Assembly: GCA_964016885.1 (NCBI GenBank)
Contig: OZ024741.1
Span: 115,196,001-115,260,000 of the forward strand
Length of the DNA: 64,000 nucleotides
Origin: Eledone cirrhosa
Lineage: Eukaryota
Reading direction: 5' to 3'
Each line of letters begins with the position of its first letter. The stretch's first letter is position 1. The notes under the pieces are model-generated. The model had not been told where the DNA came from. It saw only the letters and a program-made list of their open reading frames with translations, and ran no database searches. Below are positions 12,366 through 22,456 of the stretch, piece after piece. A program made the position numbers and the translations under genes.

Positions 12366-12469
12366 TGTCCCAACGACTTTTTTTAGCCGTTGCTCGCACC
12401 AACCGGAGGTATATGGTCTTTAAAGCGATGAAATGCCTATGATAGTTGGAAGATCACTGATGAAGGACA
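12366..12469 (+). ncRNA. Reverse-order (pseudoknotted) hammerhead candidate, family P1
   Basis: GGTAT-A-TGGTCTT ... GCGA-T-GAA-ATGCC ... AAGATCA-CTGATGA-A-GGACA; stems I and III pair, with a K-turn in stem III. Confidence 0.7.
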
Positions 12470-12981
12470 AACTTTTTTCATATGTAACCCATTTGCAACT
12501 CCGCAGCGCCCTTATTATCATATTTACACATATTTTTTCCTCTGCTGCTACACCGTCTTTTTCATTCTATGTATCTTTACCCTTTCTAGCAGTCTCTCTC
12601 TCTCTGTTAGCCTCTTCCTCACCCTTCACTCACTCATTCTCTGTCACTACCTCTCCTCCTCCTCTTTCTTCCCGTTTGACCTGTGAGTAATTCTTTTCTC
12701 TCACATTCTCGGCCAAGCTGGTCGGAATTTTTTCTCTCTCGTCTACGATTTCACAGAACTTATGTTTACCGAATTAGCAGACCTGACCCCTTCTTCCTCC
12801 CGTTAGACCTGTGCGAAATTCCTTCCTTGCTCACATTTCAACCAGGTTTGATGGTCTTTATTCTCTCGTTCACGATTTCACCGAACTTAAATTCATAGAA
12901 ATCTGGGACTTGTCTCCTTCTTCCTCACTTTCTGTTGCTTCACCATTTTGTTTGTTTACCCTCGTGTCCCCTTTATTTACG

Positions 12982-13084
12982 TGTCCCAACGACTTTTTTA
13001 GCCGTTGCTCGCACCAACCGGAGGTATATGGTCTTTAAAGCGATGAAATGCCTATGATAGTTGGACGATCACTGATGAAGGACA
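12982..13084 (+). ncRNA. Reverse-order (pseudoknotted) hammerhead candidate, family P1
   Basis: Second tandem copy of 12366-12469. Confidence 0.65.
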
Positions 13085-13108
13085 AACATTTTTCATATAT
13101 ATATATAT

Positions 13109-14055
13109 TGTTATGCTTTGGGAGGGTCATGTTGCCAATAATAAACACACGCACCAGTTGCTTTCACTCCAATTATTATAAATTAAATTTATAAATTTAA
13201 GAATTTATAAATTTCCGGTTGGTTGGTTGGTTCTATAACTGGACAGTTCTTCATATATTGTCAAAGTTCTTTCGTCACACATATGTGACCTCTTAAGTGA
13301 CTGGGGATTCTTTTCTTTGTTTTGTGCCTCTCCTTTGTACTGTCCTACGCCATCTTGTTTTTGTGTGTGTTGCGTGTTAGTTTGCGCATGTGTTACATCA
13401 GGGTGTCTGAGTGTGTTTTTATTTGTTTATTTATTTCTTTATTTACATGTTACTAGTTAGTTGTTTGTTCTATGTGTGTGTGTGTGTTTTCATTTGGTCC
13501 TTAATTGTAAGTTGTGATCTTGCTATTCCATTCATGTTTTCTATTCTTTTTTCTCCAACCAAAATTAAATAGAAAACATGAATGGAATAGCAACATCACA
13601 ACTTACAATTAAGGAGAAAATGAAAACATACACACACATAGAACAAACAACTAACTAGTAACATGTAAATAAAGAAAGAAATAAACAAATAAAAACACAC
13701 ACAGACACCCGGATGTAACACATGCGCAAATTAAGTACACACAAAAACAAGATGGCGTAGGACAGAACAAAGGAGAAGCACAAAACAAAGAAAAGAATGC
13801 CCAGTCACTGAAGAGGTCACAGATGTGTGACGAAAGAACTTTGACAATATATGAACAACTGTCCGGTTATGGAACCAACCAACCAACCGGAAATTTATAA
13901 ATTCTTAAATTTATAAATTTAATTTATAATAAATTGGTGTGAAAGCAACTGGTGCGTTTCTTATTGGGAACATGACCCTCCCAAAGCATAACAATATCGG
14001 TTTCAACACACGTTTTCAGATAAAGAATCTTGCTAAACAAATTCAGAAACGAAAT
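13109..14055. repeat. Fold-back pair of PLE pLTR-like repeats (about 440-bp arms)
   Basis: 13109-13546 is the reverse complement of 13565-13995; related to 36475-36835 and 40931-41520. Confidence 0.9.
13804..13845 (+). ncRNA. Minimal type I hammerhead
   Basis: GTCA-CTGAAGA-G-GTCACA-GATG-TGTGAC-GAAAG-AA-CTT-TGAC. The mirror copy at 13260-13301 has CTTAAGA (G5 lost). Confidence 0.85.
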
Positions 14056-14071
14056 ATATATATATATATAT

Positions 14072-14616
14072 ATAGAAGTGGATGGATACTTCAACAGGTA
14101 CAATGTACTTGTAGAAATATTCAAGTTGTTTATAATACATGTGGTTCAATGGCACTAATTCGAAATACCAGAACAATATAAAAGTAGCGAAACAAACGGT
14201 TATTAAACAATTTTCTAAATAAATTAAAAAATGATTAAATAATCACCTGTTCAGATGCTGTTACCGACGGTTTCATCATTCCGAAAGATTGGAAATCCAA
14301 CGAATTTCCAATGGAAAGAAATGAATCTTCAGACAGCCCTATTTCCACGCTATAAGGTATAGCAAGTAAATATTATGCTCCCTGCCCAACGCATGCGGTC
14401 AAGCCGTTAAAGTGACACACACGCAAATCATGTCGCTGATAAAAGCTGGATATTATAAACATGTCGAATTGCCACTAAAATTAGCAGCATTATTCAACGT
14501 TTTGTTCTCTACATAAGGAGAATAAATTATAGAAGTGGATGGATACTTCAACAGGTACAATGTACTTGTAGAAATATTCAAGTTGTTTATAATACATGTG
14601 GTTCAATGGCACTAAT

Positions 14617-14620
<4 letters not shown>
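14072..14620 (-). repeat. About 456-bp non-coding unit with a ~90-bp terminal direct repeat and a central hammerhead
   Basis: 14072-14163 repeats at 14528-14620; (TA)n on both sides. Confidence 0.85.
14257..14337 (-). ncRNA. Type I hammerhead with long stem II
   Basis: GCTGT-CTGAAGA-T-TCATTTC..ATTGGAAATT/GATTTCCAAT..GGAATGA-T-GAA-ACC-GTC-GGT-A-ACAGC. Confidence 0.85.
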
Positions 14621-14657
<37 letters not shown>

Positions 14658-14712
14658 ATAATATTAATATATGGAAACTATCTTTATAAAACCATATTTA
14701 TTTTATTATATA

Positions 14713-15262
14713 CTAGCAGTGGTACCCGGCGTTGCACGGGATAAGGTATTTTGGAACGCGGGCCGCCAACAGACCTAATCGTGGAAGAACTGCATGGCTG
14801 GACAATATGTAAAGAAAATAAACCGAATACTCTGATGGCGGGATAATCTAAGATTTTCCTCGATGAAGCAGGAACAAGGCAGGTTTTCACCTAATGCGGG
14901 CACTAGGGGGGTCAAGAAAATGAATTTTTTTATGCGCATAATATGCCTTGAAATTTTGGGAAAATCGGCTAGACGTAACGTCTCAAAAAAGCCCTGAAAA
15001 GATGAAAAAAAAATGAAGTTTTCACCTAGGCCACAAAAAAGTTGGATTTTCTTTGCTCACGGTATGAGGAAGAGACTGACTTATACATAGTTACCATTTC
15101 AAGGAAATCGGTCTGACGTAACGTCTCAAAACGCCCATAAAAAGCTGGAAAAACGCAGTTTTTCTTCTAATGCGGGCCCTAGGGTATGAAAAAGTTGAAT
15201 TTTTTATGTGCATAACCTACCAGAAATATAAGTTTTAAAAAGATCGGTTGGGTACTTCTCGG

Positions 15263-15304
<42 letters not shown>

Positions 15305-15405
15305 TACATACATGATGATGGCTGCCCCCTCATTATCGATTATGGCCATTGCACGAGGAGAAAAAAAAATTAATAAATAAATAAAAAATAAAATTTAAAA
15401 AAAAG

Positions 15406-15456
<51 letters not shown>

Positions 15457-16149
15457 TATATATACATACACACATACATACACATATACACACACACACA
15501 TATACACACACACATACATTAATAACAATAATCATAATAATAATAACAACAATAATAACGACAACAACAATAATATACATATACATATATATATACACAC
15601 ACACGCACACACATAAGCATACATACATACATACATCATTCCTCAGTTTGATATATATATATATATATACATATATAGATTAAAATAACCCTATTAAAGT
15701 TTAAGCAAAGAATCGTTGCTTTCACCCTTAACGGGATCTTCTGAAACTAGAATCATCAATCTGTGAACGCAGAAGTAAATATTTCGAAAAACGTTACAAC
15801 CGAATGAAAACAGGAAGACGATACTTTGATTCGTGAAGACGTTCCCTGGCAATTAACGGATAATAGCGAACATAATACGTCATCAATGTTCGTCAGAATA
15901 TCGTAATGCAGACAGCCAAGCATACAGACAGATATTATAAGAGCGCGACGGAGATGGATAACTGGCGCTTAACACCCCTTTAACAACAGAAAATTGAAAA
16001 ATAGAGGCTGCATTTAATATCTTTAGACCGCAAGGAATATATAAATGCAACTTTGAAGTCAATCGGTGTAGAAATGTGGATTTGTATAGACTTCGCAAAA
16101 ATGAGGACACACACACAGACACAGACAACATCAGTTTTATATATATAGA
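14713..16149 (-). mobile_element. Non-autonomous Helitron with nested microsatellites and a PLE pLTR
   Basis: 5' end A|TCTATATATATAAAACTGATGTTGTCTGTG at 16149; 3' hairpin CCCGTGCAACGCCGGG plus CTAG|T at 14713. The flanks rejoin into a sequence matching 22090-22150. Confidence 0.7.
15680..15860 (-). mobile_element. Diverged pLTR copy of the Naiad element at 17659-20537, including its hammerhead
   Basis: Reverse complement of about 20355-20530. Confidence 0.8.
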
Positions 16150-16169
16150 TATTTCAAGGGTATCAACAT

Positions 16170-16480
16170 TATTCAAAATATTAATAAATGAAAAATATTC
16201 TCATAATCAAAATATATATTTTATTATACATATTTCAAAGTTACAATGTTGTTTAAGTACGTTTTCATCAGATAAAATATAAGATTTGATATGCGACATA
16301 CCGCTACGGTTTTGATTATTCAATTCTAATCGTGGCAATGATTTATTTCACCAACCCTCAACGTTTTTATACCACAAATAATATGATAAACTTAGAGAAG
16401 AAGAAGACGTGGAGCAAGGTAGAAATATAGAAGGGGAGTTGAGATGGAAGATGCAAAGAAAAAGAAGTGAAATAAACAAA

Positions 16481-16511
<31 letters not shown>

Positions 16512-17505
16512 ATGAAGAAAAGAAGAAAAAAGGTCTAAGAGAAAAAAGGGGAATAAAAACAGAAGAAAGGGAAGATACGGAGAGAAAAAAAAAGAAAATG
16601 AAGCGGAATAAAGAAAAAAAAAGAAGAGGAAAAAGAAAGCATAAAATAAAGGGAAGAATAAAAAAAACCGTTGTATTCAAATGCTAGACAAAATTAGAAA
16701 TTAAAAATGTTTCATATTTATCAGTGAATATCGCCTGTATTGGATTACGCTTTAGTTAATTACAAGTTTATATTGTATCCAGATTATTAGGCATAGATTA
16801 CTTTCTATAGCAATAAAATATTTAAGTTAATTACAAATTTATGTTTAAATCAATTTAATTTAATTTAACACATTCTAGATTATTATAATTTTTTATTATA
16901 AGGTAAGATATTCTATTAATATTATACTACAACTTTAAAAGAATTTATCTTTAAAGCCTAATTAAATAATTATTAAATATGTATTAAAATATAATAACAT
17001 GCATATATCTCCATCAATATATATAATATATTTTGTTCATGTATGATCTAAATTAATTTAAAATTTGAAAATTCACTTTTTGTGAAACTTCGTTGTTTTT
17101 TAATTTTCAGTTATTTCTTAGAATCCAACTGTGGTTATATTTACTCTCTATAAATTTTATTTCATTTAATGAACGGTTATATTTACTTCTGTATTTAATT
17201 ATTCTGATATATATAGTTTCCTTTTAATGATAGTCTATGTATTATTAAATTATTAATCATTATTAATTATTAATCATTAAGTTTATCATATTATTTGTGG
17301 TATAAACACGTTGAGGGTTGGTGAAATAAATCACTGCCACTATTGGAATTGAATAATGAAAACTGTAGCGGTACGTCACATATCAAATCTTATATTTTAT
17401 CTGATGAAAACGTACTTAAACACCATTGTACCTTTGAAATATGTATAATGAAATATATATTATGATTATGAGAATATTTTTCATTTATTAATATTTTGAA
17501 TAATA
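16170..17505. repeat. Inverted repeat pair (16170-16393 / 17279-17505), each arm with a hammerhead
   Basis: The arms are reverse complements; HHRs at 16220-16276 (-) and 17396-17452 (+). Confidence 0.85.
17396..17452 (+). ncRNA. Type I hammerhead (AUA triplet)
   Basis: TTTAT-CTGATGA-AAACGTAC..GTACCTTT-GAAAT-ATGT-ATA-ATGAA; homologues at 16220, 22121 and 48111. Confidence 0.7.
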
Positions 17506-17596
17506 TTAAATACTTCAGGAAAATGTTTGTCGAGTGCTTCTGAACTATTGTAAAATTGTATTCGTTGAATAATCAACGAACCATATTAATCTTTGG

Positions 17597-17662
<66 letters not shown>

Positions 17663-17959
17663 ATAATAATAAATTTGAAGACTAATATCCAAAGAGGGCT
17701 CGATAAGGATAAATATATATCAAATATATAAGAAACGTAGAGCAAATATTTATTAAAATAACAGATTAAAGTTTAAGCAAAGAATCACTGCTTTCAACCT
17801 TAACGGGATCTTCTGAAACTAATAAATATTTGCTCTACGGTTCTTATATATTTGATATATATTTATCCTTATCGAGCCCTCTTTGGATTTTAGTCTTCAA
17901 ATTTATTATTATTACTATTTGGCTCCCTCGGTTGAGCACTCTACTGACTTATATTCATC

Positions 17960-20089
17960 ATGCAGAAACAACATCTGAATATTTCTACAAAGAACATACC
18001 CGTACCAAGCAGGAAAACATACCTAAAACTCCTGATACAGAAAACAGACGCGTTCATTAAAAGGTTGCGTTGGCGTGCCTTTTATTTCGATAATCCGCGA
18101 AAAGCAGACAACAAACAGGATAAATTTGGATTTAAAACCTATAATAACCCCCCGTGTAACCCAGCATTGCTACCCTTCGAAAATGATGTTTTGGAACTCA
18201 TTCGGAGTATCAAATTTCGGAATAGGAGCAATTCCTTCCAGCAAGAACTGAAGAATAGAATTCGTTCTATTAAGGATTCTAATGCCGTGCACGTCCATTC
18301 CGACAAAACTGGCAACCTATATCAAGTGGAGCGCAGTACTTACCATCAACTACTACATAATGCTGTAACTAAGGATTACCGTAAAACTAATCGGTGCGTC
18401 ATCAATGAAATCAACGATGCTGGGTTTATAATCACACCTGATCTCAACATCCTGGACCGGACCGAACCTCCGGACCCCATTTCTCCCCACTTTACCCTGA
18501 AGGATCACAAATCCAATTTTCCGAACAACCCCTCTTTTCGGCTTATTAACCCTACGAAGTCCGATTTAGGCAGACTTAGTAAAACGATTCTTGATAGAAT
18601 TATACCTGAAATTAGAAGTTTGGCCCCTCTTGCACTGTGGAACAATTCCTTCGCGGTGATTGATTGGTTCAACGGCATATGTAACAAGGAACATTGCCGT
18701 TTTATCCAATTCGACATCAACAATTACTACTCCTCCATCACTTTACCACTTCTCCTTAGAGCTATCAATTTCGCTAAAACACTCACAGTGGTTAAGGATT
18801 TCGAAGTTGATGTCATCCTAAATGCCCGAAAGTCGGTGATTAATTTCGACGACTCTATTTGGATTAAAAAATCCAATAGTACCTCATTCGACGTGAGTAT
18901 GGGCGCCTGTGATTCTGCGGAGGTTACTGATCTTATCGGCCTTTTCCTTCTTTTCTCTATCAAGGATGAATTCCCCAACGCGGGCGGTGGTTTGTACCGT
19001 GACGATAGTCTTTTGACCATGACTAAGTGCGGACCTCGTGCTTGCGACAGGTTCAGAAAAGAACCCACAGCCTTCTTTAAAGGCTTCAGCCTCTCTATAC
19101 AGGTTGAGGCCAATCTCTCAGTCGTTAATTACCTCGACGTTTCCCTCAATTTATTGAATGGGTTGTATTACCCGTATAGAAAGCCGAATGATACGCTTAA
19201 TTACATAACTAAGCATTCCAACCATCCTGCCAGCATAACCAAGAACCTGGTAAGAAACGTTTCGTTGAGGCTTTCCCGTCTTTCCACCAACGAGCGTATT
19301 TTCAACGACCATTCCACTTATTACAATGAAGCTCTTGCTCGAAGTGGATTTTTCGATAAGGTAGCATATACAGAGTACGAAAATAGACCTAGAAGAAATA
19401 GATCCCGTCGCATTTGTTGGTATAACCTACCATATAATATGGAGGTGGCCACACCTTTAGCTAAGATCTTTCTTTCCCTTATTACGAAGCATTTTCCCCC
19501 TACACATAAATATAGTAAACTTTTTAATAGAAATACTATTAAAATTTATTACTCTACGACTCCTAACCTTGCACATAACATCACAGCTTCAAATTTAGCT
19601 AATCTACCTAGCCGTAGGAACACGTGCAACCCTGTAGTTAGTACTAACTGTAATTGTAGGAATCGGGTTGATTGCCCCCTATCCGGGAAATGCCTCTCTA
19701 GTAACATTGTCTATAAATGTAAGGTTGTAACACCCACGTCCCGTAGGGCCTACATAGGGTTAACCGCCAATAGATTCAAGCAGCGGCTTTACATGCATAC
19801 CCATTCTTTTCGTTACCCTCTAAGAAGGAATATGACGTCACTCTCAGCTTATATCTGGAGTCTAAAAGACAACCACACCCAATATAAGTTACACTGGGAG
19901 ATCCTAGCTAGGGCTAGATCGTATAACGGAAAGAAAAGACCATGTGACCTCTGCGCCGCTGAGGCCCTGGAAATACTCTACGCCACAGACCACATCTTAA
20001 ACAAAAAATATGAGGCAATTTCGGCTTGTAAACATAAATTGCACAAAACTTTCCTGTATTACAGCCCCACGTTATACCCTAACGGATAG
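17960..20089 (+). CDS. PLE polyprotein, reverse transcriptase plus C-terminal GIY-YIG endonuclease (709 aa, Naiad-like)
   Basis: STKNIPVPSRKTY N-terminus; TLKDHK..RLINPTKSDLG; RT motifs FDINNYYSSI, FDVSMGACDSAE and GLYRDD; CNCRNRVDCPLSGKC; IVY..AYIGLT..FKQR; CDLC. Confidence 0.93.
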   Translation: MQKQHLNISTKNIPVPSRKTYLKLLIQKTDAFIKRLRWRAFYFDNPRKADNKQDKFGFKTYNNPPCNPALLPFENDVLELIRSIKFRNRSNSFQQELKNRIRSIKDSNAVHVHSDKTGNLYQVERSTYHQLLHNAVTKDYRKTNRCVINEINDAGFIITPDLNILDRTEPPDPISPHFTLKDHKSNFPNNPSFRLINPTKSDLGRLSKTILDRIIPEIRSLAPLALWNNSFAVIDWFNGICNKEHCRFIQFDINNYYSSITLPLLLRAINFAKTLTVVKDFEVDVILNARKSVINFDDSIWIKKSNSTSFDVSMGACDSAEVTDLIGLFLLFSIKDEFPNAGGGLYRDDSLLTMTKCGPRACDRFRKEPTAFFKGFSLSIQVEANLSVVNYLDVSLNLLNGLYYPYRKPNDTLNYITKHSNHPASITKNLVRNVSLRLSRLSTNERIFNDHSTYYNEALARSGFFDKVAYTEYENRPRRNRSRRICWYNLPYNMEVATPLAKIFLSLITKHFPPTHKYSKLFNRNTIKIYYSTTPNLAHNITASNLANLPSRRNTCNPVVSTNCNCRNRVDCPLSGKCLSSNIVYKCKVVTPTSRRAYIGLTANRFKQRLYMHTHSFRYPLRRNMTSLSAYIWSLKDNHTQYKLHWEILARARSYNGKKRPCDLCAAEALEILYATDHILNKKYEAISACKHKLHKTFLYYSPTLYPNG

Positions 20090-20463
20090 TACGATCTATA
20101 CGTGGATATTTTACGTCTTGATGTGGTAGCTAAGTATATGTTTTGTTTATACCATTACTTATTTGCATAGGTAAATGTCATCTTGGTTAAGAGAGTGAGA
20201 CTGGCTTTGTGCAGTGCCTTTGTTCACTATAAAAGCTTCACGGCACAGGCATTGCTTTATATCTGGAGATCCCTCTGCACTTGTCATCACATGGTACCAA
20301 TGGGCCACCATATATATATATATGTATATGTGTGTATATATATATATATATTACTTATTTGCACAGGGAACGTTTCCACGAACCAAAGTAACGTCTTCCT
20401 GTCTTCCTCCGGTTGCAACGTTTTTTGAAATATCCACTTCTGCGTTTACAGATTGACTGTATT

Positions 20464-20514
20464 AGTTTCAGAAGATCCCGTTAAGGGTGAAAGCAGCTAT
20501 TCTTTGCTTAAACT
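20464..20514 (+). ncRNA. Hammerhead in the Naiad pLTR, CAGAAGA core
   Basis: AGTTT-CAGAAGA-T-CCC-GTTAA-GGG-T-GAA-AGCA..TGCT-T-AAACT, followed by AATAAA. Confidence 0.7.
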
Positions 20515-20668
20515 TTAATCTGTTATTTTAATAAATATATATACATATATATATATATATATGTATGGGGGAATGAAGTATTTCCGTCGGAAAGGTACAG
20601 GAAAAAAGAGTGCTCTATGTAGGCTACAGAGCTTATTAGTTATGTAATAAACAACATAAGATAATTAT

Positions 20669-20729
20669 TTCATTTACCAGTCGTTTCTTGAAGGCAGATG
20701 TTATGTCTGTCTTCAGTCGTCAGAATGAA
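20669..20729 (-). ncRNA. Type I hammerhead
   Basis: TTCATT-CTGACGA-C-TGAAGACAGA..TCTGCCTTCA-A-GAAAC-GACTG-GTA-AATGAA. Confidence 0.8.
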
Positions 20730-21176
20730 TAAATAACATGGTGTTTTCATTAATTATGGATTTGAAAAAAATATTTAGGAAATATGAAAGTGAGGCTGAA
20801 AAAAAAGGCAAAAAAGGAATTAGGGGAAAAAATATATAAATAAATATCCAGAACATAAACATACACACACTCAACCATGCGCATATACGTAATAGTACGT
20901 AGACGTATACTTTCTCACATAAGCGTATTTGCTTCTACATGGAAATACGAACAGGAACAAAAATACATACACATACATATACACAAATATATATGCACTC
21001 AAAGAAGTACACACAAATACACACACACATATCAAAAGGGGGTATACACACACATATATACATACATAAAAACACCAAAACACAAAAACAAAAAGCTCTA
21101 TACATACGCATACACAAACATATATATATATAACACACGTACACATAAATACCCATACACACATATATACATGCAT

Positions 21177-21209
<33 letters not shown>

Positions 21210-21216
21210 CATACAC

Positions 21217-21286
<70 letters not shown>

Positions 21287-21290
21287 ATAT

Positions 21291-22022
21291 CTAGGGTAGG
21301 TAAAATTCCCGAGATCCATGGACGAGTTCTCTCCAGCGGTCTCTGTCCCTCATTATCGCTGCCATGTCTTGCGTCTCCAACAGACCAGTGTCTGTCCTTA
21401 GGGCATCAACATACGTTAACCTTGGTCTTCCTTTTCCAGTGTGTCCATGTAGGGGCTCCAACAGGTGCACTGAGTGCAATGTCAACTCTGGATGTCGGTG
21501 AGCATGTCCAGCTAACCTTAGTCTCCTCTATGTCACTTTTGAGCTGACTTTTGGGATGCTCCCATACAGCTCTGAGTTTTTCATGCTCAGTGTATACAGT
21601 GAAGGACGCAGAGGATTTGATGCAGGAGGTTGAGACTGTGTCGATGAGTGTGGGGCTGAAAATGAATGAGACTAAAACAAAATATCTGGTAGAGAATGTT
21701 GAGAAGGTAGAGGGGATCACTAATGTAGGCGGGAAGCCGCTAGAATTGGTTGAGGACTTCCTGTATTTGGGACAATGATTGGAAATACGGAAGATGATGT
21801 GGTTGAGAGGAAGAGCAAAGCCTAGGCGGCGTGCCAGAGCTTGAGCTTGAGCTCGGTGTGGGAGTCTGACCTTCGTAAAGACCTGAAAATCCGCCACTGC
21901 ATTGCTGTAGTAGAGCCTGTGCTGCTGTGTGGGTCTGAGACTTGGACACTGACCAAGAAACTCACTCAGATGGTGGATGGGTGCTATCCAAGAATGCTGA
22001 GGATGGCTTTGAACATTAAACA
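21291..22022. mobile_element. RTE-group LINE fragment with internal inversion
   Basis: Minus 21291-21570 encodes the C-terminus GRPRLTYVDAL..RDRDRWR. Plus 21590-22022 encodes GLKMNETKTK, VEDFLYLG and LLCGSETWTLTKK. Confidence 0.8.
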
Positions 22023-22077
<55 letters not shown>

Positions 22078-22120
22078 ATGATATTAAGTAAATGGAAACT
22101 ACTCATAAAACCAGATTTAT

Positions 22121-22175
22121 TCTATTATAGATATTTCAAGGGTACCAACATTTTGGTACGGTATCATCAGATAAA
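22121..22175 (-). ncRNA. Type I hammerhead (family of 17396)
   Basis: TTTAT-CTGATGA-TACCGTACCAA-AATG-TTGGTACCCTT-GAAAT-ATCT-ATA-ATAGA. Confidence 0.65.
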
Positions 22176-22242
22176 ATACGAAGTGTGTTTCATAAATTTT
22201 GAGATAACGAAGGAGAATATACCTTAACCGTTCAAATTATCC

Positions 22243-22339
<97 letters not shown>

Positions 22340-22418
22340 GATAGATAAAGAAAAAAAGATGAAATCGAAAATGCAACTGGAGTCTTATTTAAAAAAGAAT
22401 ATATATATTTATTTGGTT

Positions 22419-22456
22419 CCTTTACCTGTTTCGCAGTTCTTCTGCTTTTCAAAATA
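22419..22456 (-). ncRNA. Minimal hammerhead with U3:A8 core
   Basis: TTGAAAA-GCAG-AAGAA-CTGC-GAAAC-AG-GTA-AAGG; stem I is weaker than in the copy at 45704. Confidence 0.55.

Larger units (their letters stand above)
11472..13096. repeat. Non-coding ~615-bp unit family: one minus-strand unit (11472-12100) head-to-head with about 1.6 plus-strand units (12100-13096)
   Basis: Identical translated ORFs on opposite strands; CTGATGA at 12457 and 13072; flanked by (TA)n. Confidence 0.92.
17659..20537 (+). mobile_element. Near full-length Naiad-type Penelope-like retroelement with inverted 5' pLTR
   Basis: 17659-17752 is the inverse of 17824-17917, and 17746-17824 is the inverse of 20460-20537. Single RT + GIY-YIG ORF; inserted in (TA)n. 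Confidence 0.9.

Noticed and set aside
12399-12449. Resemblance to SAM-I riboswitch P2 (GGAGG..AUGA)
   Set aside because: Only the generic K-turn is shared; the SAM-binding elements are absent.
12438-12463. SECIS or box C/D snoRNA reading of ATGA..CTGATGA
   Set aside because: The helix after AUGA is too short for a SECIS and there is no upstream UGA ORF. Box order and spacing do not fit a C/D snoRNA. The hammerhead model explains more of the conserved positions.
17960-20089. Selenocysteine recoding as in some Naiads
   Set aside because: There is no in-frame TGA, and the Cys motifs use Cys codons here and in the family A fragment.
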